From the NCBI RefSeq assembly GCF_009914755.1, contig NC_060928.1: a DNA stretch of 64,000 bases; one strand, 5' to 3'. Positions 44,413 through 55,976 of the stretch are shown piece by piece. The stretch's first letter is position 1. Every line of letters starts with the position of its first letter. Source of the stretch: the human T2T-CHM13v2.0 reference genome, Homo sapiens. The position numbers and the translations under genes are program-made. Under the pieces are notes generated by a model. That model ran no database searches and was not told where the DNA came from. It saw only the letters and a program-made list of their open reading frames with translations.

Positions 44413-45327
44413 CAATTTTATTGAGCCACTATAAGTGATGGCACCAAAGTAGGTACTTTGAATATGTTATCTCCTATAATCGTCACAATTTTCTTTAATT
44501 GTACAAATGTGAGAATTAAGACTTTGACCTTGGACACATTAAGAAACTCATCCCAAGTCACACAGCAACCCTGTTTTCCTGTCTCCAGTATCTTTAATTA
44601 TTAGAAAATGTATTAGGGAAAAAAATCCACAAAATATGCTATAGAGAAAATAGGTAGTAGAAAAGTAGAATGAATGGTGAGTTTGCATGGGTGCAAAAGA
44701 AAGCACCTCTGATTCTAGCCTAAAATAAAACAAAAGTTGTAGACAATGGAGAATTCTCATGAAAATATGTCCTCCCTCTGGCTTCAGTTATATCACTGCT
44801 ATGAGACTGAATAGGAAAGAGGGAATGTTTTCATAATGTTAAAGATTTTTTCCTTTAAATTAGCAAGGCCAGCGCACCAGCTGGGTCCTTGACAGTTGTC
44901 TTTACTAAAAGCACTTATGGACTTAGCACCTACTATGTGTTAGGCATTGCCTCAGGTGTTTCACCTGTCAGATAACCACAGGCACATTTCCTTACATTTG
45001 TAAGAGCTTTAGAGTTGACATAATATATTTACCCACATGGTCTCATTTCATCATGGGAGCAGATGCTTTTCCTGGGGAGCAAAAGGAGCCAAATTAATCA
45101 ACAAATGATCAACATTTAGCAGGCACCACCTATATGCCTGACACATAAGATCATTCCCTGCCTCCCTCTCCCCACTGGCTGGTTTATTCCCCTTTGCTTT
45201 CTTACTTAACGGTTTGTATTGTATGGTTTATACCTGTTTCCCTCATGACTCTATAAGATTCTCTTGCATAGCAAAAACCTATGTACAGTGCCTGGGGCAA
45301 AATAGGGAAGGTCTGCTAGTGAAATGG

Positions 45328-46320
45328 AGGGAGGGAGGGAGGGAGGGAGGGAGGGAGGGATGGATGGGTAGGTGACTGGATGGGTGCATAGGTGGGTGGG
45401 TGACTGGATGGATGGGTGAATAGATGGATGGGTAGATGGGTGGGTGGGTAACTGGATGAATAGATGAAAGGGTGGATGGGTGGGTGACTAGATTAATGGG
45501 TGGATGGATGAATGGGTGGGTGACTAAATGGACAAATGAATGGATAGGTAGATTGGTGACCGGATGCATGCATGGATGGATGACAGGATGGATGGGTGGA
45601 TGTTAGTGGGTGGGTGACTTGGATGGATGGATGGATGGATGGATGGATGGATGGATGGATGGACAAATGGATGGATGGATGGATGAGTGGGGACTGGATG
45701 GATGGATGGGTGTGTGAGTGGGTAGGTGAATGGTTGGATGGATGGATGGATGGATGGATGGATGGGTAGGTGACTGGATGGATGCATAGGTGGGTGGGTG
45801 TGTGAGTGACTGGATGGATGGGTAGATGGGTGGGTGGGTGACTGAATGAATAGATGGGTGGATGAATGGATGGGTGGGTGACTGGATGAATGGGTAGATG
45901 GGTTAATGAGTAGGTGACTAAATGGACAAATGGATGGATAGCTGAGTTGGTGACTGGATGGATGCATGGGTGGATGGAATGATGGATGGATGAATGGATA
46001 GATAGATATAGGTGTGTGGGTAACTGGTTGGATGGATGGATGGATGACTGGATGGACAGATGGATGGACAGATGGATGAATGGATGGATGGATGGATGGA
46101 TGACTGGATGGACAGATGGATGGATGGATGGATGGGGACTGGTTGGGTGGATGGATGAGTGGGGACTGGATGGATGGATGGATGGGTGTGTGAGTAGGTA
46201 GGTAACTCTTTGGATGGATGGATGAATGGGTGGATGGATGGATAGGTGGGGACTGGATTGATGGATGAGTGGATAGGTCGGTGGGTGGGTAGATGGATAC
46301 CTGGACGGGTGGGTGTGAAT
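45328..46320 (+). repeat. Degenerate (GGAT/GGGT)n tetranucleotide array, ~1 kb
   Basis: Read directly; preceded by (GGGA)n. Confidence 0.95.
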
Positions 46321-46394
46321 GAAAGGACTATATGAATAATTAAGTAGTTAAGAGTGGTTAAGACTTACGGAATCACCCACTCTTTATTGCACTC

Positions 46395-46684
46395 TTTTTT
46401 TTAAGAGGCAGAGTCTTTCTCTGTCACCCAGGTTGGAGTGCTGCAGCCTAATCATGGCCCACTACACCCTCCAACTCCTGGGCTCAAGGGATCCTCCCAC
46501 CTCAGCCTCCCAAATAGCTGGTAGTACAGGCATGCACCACCATTCCCAGCTAATTTTTAAATTTTTTGTGGAGACGGGGTTTCACTATGTTGTCCAGGCT
46601 GACCTCAAAGTCCTGGGCTTGAGTATCCCGCCACCTCAGCCTCCCAAAGCTCTGAAATTATAGGTGTGAGCCACTGCACCTCGC
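46395..46684 (-). mobile_element. Alu (AluJ-type)
   Basis: CTCCTGGGCTCAAGGGATCCTCCCACCTCAGCC; diverged dimer. Confidence 0.9.
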
Positions 46685-46850
46685 TCTTATTACAAAAGCT
46701 ACCAGTTTTTCGAAGAGGAGGAAAAGAATAGTGAAGGGAATGAAGAGATGGAAGAAAATGAGGATGAAGAAGACAGTTCAGGGAAAGTCATCAAAACAGG
46801 TACTAAGGAAGGGAAAAGATGTATTTAAAGTATTATCCATTCCTCAAGGC

Positions 46851-46949
46851 GGCCGAAGGGGGTGGATCACTTGAGCCCAGGAGTTCAAGACCACCCTGGG
46901 CAACATGGTGAAACTCTGTCTCTACAGAAAAAATAAAAAATAAAAAATA

Positions 46950-47005
<56 letters not shown>

Positions 47006-47037
47006 ACAAAATTAGTCGAGTGTGGTGGCACATGCCT

Positions 47038-47074
<37 letters not shown>

Positions 47075-47229
47075 TAGTTAAGTGTGGTGGCACATGCCTG
47101 TAATCCCAGCTACTGGGGAGGCTGAAGTGGGAGGCTAGCTTGAGCCCAGGATGTCAAGGCTGCAGTGAACCATGATCATGCCACTGCACTCCAGCCTGGG
47201 TGACAGAGTGAGACTCTGTCTCAAAAAAT
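46851..47229 (+). mobile_element. Alu (AluJ-type), 5'-truncated, with (CA)n in the linker and an internal duplication
   Basis: Alu arms separated by A-rich/(TA)n/(CA)n; start of right arm present twice. Confidence 0.9.
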
Positions 47230-47756
47230 AATAATCAAGTGCCAAGTGTTGGCACAGACACTAACAGACAGAGCAGTAAGGGAAGGTTTTAAAATGGAGG
47301 GAAGACGGGCAGGATGTGACCTGCTGGGGAGGGTGGAGGCTGGGGGACTGCAGTGGAAAAGGAAGGAGCCCATTATTAGACAACTAGGTGAGGACACTAA
47401 GTGAGAGGTTCCTTCAGGGGCAGTGTGTTTGGGGAATCAGGCGTTGTGTCACTGCGGAGTGCACATGGGAGGTTGAAAGAAGAGACAGGCCAGGCCAGTT
47501 GTGCAGACCTCATGCAGACTAAGGAAGCAGAAGTTCTCCTGGCAGGCATAGATGTACATTTGAAAAAGAAAACACAGGGGTTGGAGTGGTAGGAGAGCAT
47601 CACAGCAGTGGTCTCCCAGTTTTTTAATGGCTGTTGTGTGCAGAAGGATTAGGAAGCATCCCATGACAATAGCTACTATTAATGTGCCAAGTGGTCTGCT
47701 AAATCATGACATGCATGAGCTCATTCAGTCCTCACCCCAACGTTCTCTGGTGCATA

Positions 47757-48049
47757 CTATTATTATTATTATTTTGAGACGAAGTCTTGCTCTGTCGCCC
47801 AGGCTGGAGCGCAATGGCACGATCTCAGCTCACCGCAACCTCCACCTCCCGAATCCTTCTGCCTCAGCCTCCCGAGTAGCTGGGATTACAGGCACCCATC
47901 ATCATGCCGGGCTGATTTTTATATATTTGTAGAGACAGGGATTCACCATGTTGGCCAGGCTGGTCTCGAACTCCTGACCTCAGATGATCCACCTGCTTCG
48001 GCTTCCAAAAGTGCTGGGATTACAGGTGTGAGCCACCACACACCAGGCC
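47757..48049 (-). mobile_element. Alu (AluS-type) inserted in a MIR
   Basis: TSD CTGGTG(CA/TG)TACTATTAT on both sides; MIR core (CCCCATTTTATAGATGAGAAAAC) resumes after it. Confidence 0.93.
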
Positions 48050-48384
48050 CCTGGTGTGTACTATTATCCCCATTTTATAGATGAGAAAACAGAATTGAGA
48101 CGCCAAGTACATTGTTGAAGATCACATGACTCATAAGTGATGGAGCTAGGACTTGAATCCTGTTTTTCCCAACTCTGAAACAGTAGGATGGAACAGAGTA
48201 CCCAATCCATTTCCTGTGCTGTTCAAAATGAGCAGAGGGTAGAAGTTACAGGGGCACAATTACAGGGCTCAGCAGAAACATTTCTCTCAGAATTAGAGCT
48301 GAGCCAGAAAGTAACCTGCAGCACTTAAGAAATGGAAGTGGAGGTAGCTGATGGGGAGAAGCATCTGGTAAGAGCATGGTATGG

Positions 48385-48925
48385 ACATTTGTCATGTTTC
48401 CTCAATGCCCAGCCCTTTAGAACACCCTTTCTATACCAAGCAACACAATTTCCATATTAGGTGACTCTCTTCCCTAAGCCACAGCCTGAAAGCATGTTTT
48501 CCCAGCCTCTCTTGCAGCTAGCGCACAGACATGAGACCAGGCTTCAGCAACTGGAGTGTCCAGACTGTGATTCAAGAAGAGGGACATGGAGTCCATTTTG
48601 CTAAAGAGGCTGTTTTTTTGAGGGTGGTGGTGGCCACAAAGCCTACTTTCTGGCACAGAGCTGGCATTGGAGCTGGTGACAGTGGTGACTTTGGTGAAAT
48701 CAGGCTCCTGATAGAGGCAAACTAGCTGCTTAGTGGCAGCATCAGTAGTGGATTCCTCATCAGACTAGATTGATGCTTTCAAGTTTGGCTCCTGAATTTT
48801 GAGCCCTATTCTGCTGCACCCTAGCAGATTGACAAGCCCCCAGTGTGCTCTCAATAAACTCCTCTCCAGCCTAATGGGCTGGGGGCCACTTCTGTTGCTC
48901 ACCATGTAGAACGCTGACCAAGACA
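48385..48925 (+). mobile_element. ERVL LTR33-like solo LTR
   Basis: TTTCCCAGCCTCTCTTGCAGCTAG...CAATAAACTCCT...TTCTGTTGCT. Confidence 0.55.
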
Positions 48926-49104
48926 AGCGCCCAGAGGGAATTTCTATACTGTGCAGAGTTGGACACAAACACCTCTTATCCCTGTCAAGGGCTGATTCCA
49001 GAGTCTAGAGAATTTTTGTCAATCAGCTGGAGAGGCAATTTCTAGTGACTTTAACACACTGGTGAAATGGCTCTGAAAACTTGAAGGCAAGACCTGTTAG
49101 GGGC

Positions 49105-49195
49105 ATATTAGTCAGGGTTCTTCAGGCAGACAGAACCAACAAGGGAGAAAAACAGGAAAGGAAGAAGGAAGCAGGGAAGGAAGGAAGGAAGGAAG

Positions 49196-49231
<36 letters not shown>

Positions 49232-49769
49232 AAGAGAAAGAGAAAGAAAGAAGGAAAAAAGAAAGGGGAAGAGAAGAAAAGAGAGAGAAGGGAGGGAGGG
49301 AAGGAAAAAAGGAAAGAAAAAGGAAGAGAGGAAGGGAGAAGAAGAAGGAGGAGGAGGAGGAGAAGGAGAATAGAAGGAAGGAAGGAGAAAAGAAAGAGAT
49401 TGAGAGAAACATTGATTTTAAGGAACTGGCTCACATGATTGTGGAAGCTGACAAGTGCGAAATCCAAAATCTGCAGGGTAGGCCAGCAGCCTGGAGATCC
49501 AGGGAAGAATTGCAGTTCAAGTCCAAAGACCATCAGCCAGCAGGATTCCTTCTCCCTCAGAGAGGTCAGTCTTTTTCTCTTAAGGCCTTCACCTGGTTAG
49601 ATGAGGCTCACCTACATTATGGAGGGTAATCTCCTTATTCACAGTCTACTGATTTAAATGTTAAATCTCAACTAACATATACCTTCACAGAAACATCTGG
49701 AATAATGTTTGACTATATATCTGAGCACTGGGGCCTAGCCAAGCTTACATATAAAAATTAACCATCACA
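49105..49769 (-). mobile_element. MLT2 (ERVL) solo LTR with expanded GA-rich tract (49,143-49,407)
   Basis: ATTAGTCAGGGTTCT...AAGGAACTGGCTCACATGATTGTGG...AAATTAACCATCACA terminus. Confidence 0.85.
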
Positions 49770-50051
49770 GGACCCGTACCAAGCAATGTAATTATTTGAT
49801 AGAGGTTGATGTACATAATTATTGATGTAATTATTTGACAAGTTGAGATTCTCATTTTACAAAACACTGTTTTTGTCCCTGTATGTCTCTGAACTTCACA
49901 CAGCACCTGGCACAAAGACTTGACGTGTGTTTCAGAGATGGGTGTTTGGATGGCTGGGTAAGTGGTAGGTCTTATTGTCCAGTTTTTTGACAGCATTTTA
50001 TTTTTCTTCTCTGCATCTTATCAACATTTTTTATATATTTCGAAAGTACAT

Positions 50052-50358
50052 GGCCAGTCATGGTGGCTCACACCTGTAATCCCAGCACTTTGGGAGGCCG
50101 AGGAGGGTGAATCACCTGAGTTCAGGAGTTCAAGACCAGCCTGCCCAACATGGCAAAACCCCATCTCTACTAAAAATACAAAAATTAAATGGGCGCGGTG
50201 GCATGCACTTGAAATCCCAGCTACTCAGGAGGCTAAGGCACCAGAATCGCTCGAACCTGGGAGGCAGGGGTTGTAGTGAGCCGAGATCACCCTACTGCAC
50301 TTAAGTCTGGGTGACAGAGTGAGACTCTGTCTCAAAAATAAATAAATAAATAAAAATA
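50052..50358 (+). mobile_element. Alu (AluS-type)
   Basis: Dimer with (AAAT)n tail. Confidence 0.93.
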
Positions 50359-51235
50359 ATTTCCTCTGTTGGTGTGGGGAGCAAGGGCGGTTGTCTGGAG
50401 CATCGCTCTTTAACTGAGGTAAGTCTTTAGGCACGAGCAGGAGTTGAGTTGGCACGGTGATTAGCCCAGGGAGATGCAGGTTTAAAGGGTGCACACCCAG
50501 CAGCAGAGGGAACAGCACGTGCAAAGAAGAAAAACAAGGAAGAACACAGTGCCGTCCTAAAGATGCAGCTAGTTTTGGTGCTGTTGGTTTTGTGGTTATT
50601 GCTTATTTTAATATCTCTGGAAAAGTCACAAAAATGGGGTTTAGCCTAGATAAGGAAAAATTGAGCTCAACTGGTTTGTGTAAGGAATAGGTTTCATATC
50701 CTCAGGAAACTGATTAGGAAGAAATAGGTTTAAAAAGGAGGGTAGGAAACAAAGAACTTGAAATTACCACTAGGATAATCAAACTTGGGCTTGTGCTACA
50801 AATACCACGGAGCTGTGTGTGGAATATCCTTCCACCGGAGGCAGCCGGGAGGAAATGACCAGGACTGACTCCTTGCGGAGGCCAGACCAAGTGACTTCCA
50901 CCATTTTGTGGCTAATGTTTGTGCAATGGATGGTGTAGCATCATAGTCTCCGACTCTTCCAGAAAATACTCCAGTTTAAATTGGCTACAAATACAATCAA
51001 TTGTTTGGTCAGTGAAAGGCTGCAGTCTCTATGAACCTTACCATACGCATCTATTTCCATGAGCCAAAATGCTAATGCAATTCCATCCCGTGGAACTATT
51101 CCCCGTGGTTAGTCTAAAAATCAGCTTTACTCACCCGGTGAATCAACTGACCACAAAATCCCACTGAGGAAATAACATTGGGAAAGCACCCAAAAAGAAT
51201 CCTGTTGTGATTTATTTGGAACAACCATTGCTATG

Positions 51236-51552
<317 letters not shown>

Positions 51553-52423
51553 AAAAACATTGCTATGTTTTTAAAACACGGTTTTTCAATATTTTAAAAA
51601 GATGCCTTTTAAAATATTGATTGGGAAATGACATTTTCCAAGCCTACACCTTCATAGTTACATTGCCCTTAAGAGGTACACTTCTTATTGAGAATCTGTT
51701 TTCTCCCACAATATTGATTAAGTCAGGACAATTTGCCAGGCATCAATAATATGCTGCCTTCATGGGACTTACTGTCTAGAATTGCTGCTGCTTCTGCCTG
51801 TTCCCACTACTATATTTTCTTGAGCTTCACTTTCTATAATGTGTTATGAAAGCAGTAGGTATTTTTCATTTATCGTATTTTTAAAATATGATAATTATGT
51901 TAAATAGGTTTTTTCAAATGATGCATGTTCACCTGCTGAAATGCAAATGCCATCCCCCTTACCATACCCTCCCTCCAAGACACACCTGTTCCCCAAAAGA
52001 GACAAACAGATGTTTCTGGATCCTTCCCTTAAATATTTACTTATGATGTGGTAGTAGCTTTCACAACTGACCGTCTCTTAACTACCCTGCTGGATTCACT
52101 GTAAACCATGTAGACTTCTGTAAATGATGATGATTCCCATGACCCCTGAAACACCTGAAGCTGGCAGGCTCCACCTGACTTTGTCCATGGATTCCCACAT
52201 ATTGAATTAACCCTTTGCTCCCCAAACCTGTCAAAGCCAGTTTATTCATTCATGCACAGACATCTGAGCGCCTATGATGTGTACACACTGTTTTAAGCTC
52301 TGGAGACACTGCAGTGATAAAGAACAGAGAAGTCCTGTCCTCAAGGAGCTTCTATGCTAGTTATACTTATTTGCTTCTACGGTTTAATTACATGTTGTAA
52401 AACCTATTTAAAAATGAATGGGA

Positions 52424-52748
52424 AGCTGGGCATGGTGGTTCATGCCTGTAATCCCATCACTTCGGGAGGCTGAGGCAGGTGGATTACCTGAGGTCAGGAG
52501 TTCAAAACTAGCCTGGCCAACATGGTGAAACCCCGTCTCTACTAAAAATATAAAATTAGCCAGGTGTGGTGGTGATTGCCTGTAATCCCAGCTATTCAGG
52601 AGGCTGAGGCAGAAGAATTGCTTGAACTGGGTAGGCGGAGGTTGCAGTGAGCCTCGACTGCACCATTGCATGGAGTGACATGCATGGAGTGTTGCCTGGG
52701 CGACAAGAACAAAACTCTATCTCAGAAAAGGAAAAAAAAAAAAAAAAA
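52424..52748 (+). mobile_element. Alu (AluS-type) with a rearranged 3' segment
   Basis: Dimer with A-tail; TSD GAATGGGAA. Confidence 0.93.
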
Positions 52749-52754
52749 GAATGG

Positions 52755-53025
52755 GAAAAGAAGTTCTTGCTCCTATGAAAACCAAGTTGAATGTTTTGGC
52801 ATGACTGAATAGATGCAAGTTGCTTCAAACAAATGCTGTTGAATTTGGCATGGGCCAGACAACCATCAACTATTGGAGAAAATGGTACGAATACGGGATT
52901 CTGCTTTGCAAATGTCTGTAAGTTCTTCCTGGAATTTTAAAAAACTGAAACTGGAGGTTATAGATGAATTATTTCAGGGTGTGGTTTAGACAAGATAGAC
53001 AAGGAATGCTACTCAACAGACCTAG
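52755..53025 (+). mobile_element. Tigger/pogo-type transposase fossil (N-terminal HTH region)
   Basis: Hand translation MKTKLNVLA*LNRCKLLQTNAVEFGMGQTTINYWRK...KKLKLEVIDE/VWFRQDRQGMLLNRP resembles CENP-B/Tigger HTH domains; has a stop and frameshifts. Confidence 0.6.
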
Positions 53026-53034
53026 ATGGCAAAG

Positions 53035-53186
53035 CAGAAAGGCAAGAAGAGAGGCACCTAGAGTGCAAAGGTTAAGAAGGCACTGCCCTCAGGACCATGC
53101 AAGTGCAGGGTCAGCACCTGAGAGCAAGCGCCTCATTAAATGTTGTGCTCTTATTTCTGACCTGCCTCGCCCTCCTCCCAGCCCTG
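53035..53186. mobile_element. MER96-like palindromic hAT element
   Basis: GAGGCACCTAGAGTGCAAAGGTTAAGAAGGCAC...TGCAAGTGCAGGGTC...GCGCCTCATTAAAT...CCCAGCCCTG. Confidence 0.55.
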
Positions 53187-53327
53187 CCAGATGGCCTCAG
53201 GCCTATTTATGCTTTTAAACTTAAATATGGAAGGAGCGTAACACTTTTAAAGATTCATCATTTTATTAACTAACCAACCAGTTCCAATCTGTTGGAGGGA
53301 AAGCTTCTACAGTATCAAAAATATCGA

Positions 53328-53661
<334 letters not shown>

Positions 53662-53716
53662 TTATGGAGTACTTTACATGGATTGGTGAATGTTCTAAGT
53701 ACATTGTGTTAACTCT

Positions 53717-54081
53717 ATGCTATGGTCTGAATGTTTGTGTCCCCTGCCAAAATTTACATGTTGAAAGTCTAACCCCCAAGGTGTTAATATTAAATATTAG
53801 GAGGTAGGTGGGGCCTTTGGGAGGTGAATTAGATCGTGACAGGGGAGCCCACATTCATGGGATTAGTGCCCTAATAAAAGTGGCCTCAGAGGGCTAGCTT
53901 GCCACTTCCACCACATGAGGACACAGTGAGAAGGTGCCATGCAAAAACCAGAAAGCAGGCACTGAATCTGCCAGTGCCTCAATCTTGGACTTCCCAGCCT
54001 CCAGAACTAGGACACATTTCTGTTGTTTATCAGCCACCTGTTTATGGTGTCTTATTATAGCAGCCTGAATGGGCTAAGATA
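53717..54081 (+). mobile_element. MaLR solo LTR (MLT1A0-like)
   Basis: TGCTATGGTCTGAATGTTTGTGTCCC start; TTATAGCAGCCTGAATGGGCTAAGATA end. Confidence 0.85.
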
Positions 54082-54574
54082 CTTCCAGCACTCAGAACAT
54101 CGCTGTGTGTTGAATACTATTATTATTGTTCTTCCTATTTTATGCATGAGGAAACAGGCATTGTGAGATGAATTGCCCAAAATCCCACTGCCTGGCTCCA
54201 GAGCCAGAAACAGCGGCACTCCATATTCCTTTAAGGAACCCCTTCTCCCTTCCTCTCAGGTCATATGAGTCATGTGGGGCTCTACCCCTGTCCAGAGTGA
54301 GGTGCAGGACCCAGCCTGGCAGTCAGCAAAGTTCCAGCTCCCTGGCTGAAGTGCTTGGCTCAGGGGCAAGTGCAGACCTCAGCTGATGCATCCCAGGACC
54401 GGGGCTCCCAGGAAGAGCCTCTGTCTTTTCAGCTGAGACAGCTGGCAATGAAGTAGATGATTACTGGTGTCCCTAAGAGGAGCCTGAAAACAAAGCCAAC
54501 ACAGAGGAAAGCAGAGGCAAGAGGAGGAGAAGGACTATGTCTCAGTGCCCTTGTTGAAGTCCTGGATGAGTCTT

Positions 54575-54671
54575 TCTTTTTTTTTTTTTTTTTGAGACGG
54601 AGTCTAGCTCTGTCGCCCAGGCTGGAGTGCAGTGGTGCAATCTTGGCTCACTGCAACCTCTGCCTCCCAGG
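54575..54671 (-). mobile_element. AluS, 3' part (split by HERV-H)
   Basis: Poly(T) then Alu sequence up to ...GCCTCCCAGG; left TSD GATGAGTCTT at 54,565-54,574. Confidence 0.95.
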
Positions 54672-55124
54672 TGTCAGGCCTCTGAGCCCAAGCCAAGCCA
54701 TCGCATCCCCTGTGACTTGCATGTATACGCCCAGATGGCCTGAAATGACTGAAGAATCACAAAAGAAGTGAATATGCCCTGCCCCACCTTGACTGATGAC
54801 ATTCCACCACAAAAGAAGTGTAAATGGCCGGTCCTTGCCTTAAGTGATGACATTACCTTGTGAAAGTCCTTTTCCTAGCTCATCCTGGCTCAAAAATTAC
54901 CCCCACTGAGCACTTTGCGACCCCCACTCCTGCCCGCCAGAGAACAAACCCCCTTTGACTGTAATTTTCCTTTACCTACCCAAATCCTATAAAACGGCCC
55001 CACCCCTATCTCCCTTCCCTGACTCTCTTTTCGGACTCAGCCCGCCTGCACCCAGGTGAAATAAACAGCCATGTTGCTCACACAAAGCCTGTTTGGTGGT
55101 CTCTTCACACGGACGTGCATGAAG
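54672..55124 (+). promoter_or_regulatory. 5' LTR7 (LTR7up-like)
   Basis: TGTCAGGCCTCTGAGCCC start, TATAAAA 54,988-54,994, AATAAA 55,060-55,065, two ACAAAAGAAG motifs. Confidence 0.95.
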
Positions 55125-55126
55125 TT

Positions 55127-55144
55127 TGGTGTCGTGACTCGGAT
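55127..55144 (+). other. Primer binding site for tRNA-His
   Basis: TGGTGTCGTGACTCGGAT, one mismatch to TGGTGCCGTGACTCGGAT. Confidence 0.93.
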
Positions 55145-55603
55145 CGGGGGACCTCCCTTGGGAGATCAATCCCCCGTCCTCCTGCTCTTTGCTCCGTGAG
55201 AAAGATCCACCTACGACCTCAGGTCCTCAGACCGACCAACCCAAGAAACATCTCACCAATTTCAAATCCGGTGAGCGGCCTCTTTTTACTCTCTTCTCCA
55301 ACCTCCCTCACTATCCCTCAACCTCTTTCTCCTTTCAATCTTGGCACCATACTTCAATCTCTCCCTTCTCTTAATTTCAATTCCTTTCATTTTCTGGTAG
55401 AGACAAAGGAGACACGTTTTATCCGTGGACGCAAAACTCCGGCGCCGGTCACGGACTGGGAAGGCAGCCTTCCCTTGGTGTTTAATCATTTCAGGGACGC
55501 CTCTCTGATTATACACCCACGTTTCAAGGGTGTCAGACCATGCAGGGACGCCTGCCTTGGTCCTTCACCCTTAGCGGCAAGTCCCACTTTTCTGGGGAAG
55601 GTG

Positions 55604-55848
55604 CAAGTACCCCAACCCCTTCTCTCCTTGTCTCTACCCCTTCTCTGCCTTTCCGGGGACAGGACAAGTACCCCAACCCCTTCTCTCCTTGTCTCTACCC
55701 CTTCTCTGCCTTTCCGGGGACAGGACAAGTACCCCAACCCCTTCTCTCCTTGTCTCTACCCCTTCTCTGCTTTTCTGGGGAAAGGGCAAGCACCCCAACC
55801 CCTTCTCTCCTTGTCTCTACCCCTTCTCTGCCTTTCCTGGGGCAGGGG
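55604..55848 (+). repeat. 61-bp tandem repeat x4 in the HERV-H leader
   Basis: Units start at 55,604, 55,665, 55,726 and 55,787; units 1 and 2 are identical. Confidence 0.95.
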
Positions 55849-55976
55849 CAAGTACCCCTCAACCCCTTCTCCTTCACCCTTAATGGCAAGTCCCGCTTTT
55901 CTAGGGGGCAAGAACCCCCAAACCCCTTCCCTCCGTGTCTCTATGCTCTCTTTTCTCTGGGCTTGCCTCCTTCACT

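Noticed and set aside
55604-55848. Regular repeats as a CRISPR-like array
   Set aside because: Head-to-tail units without unique spacers, inside a retroviral leader in primate DNA
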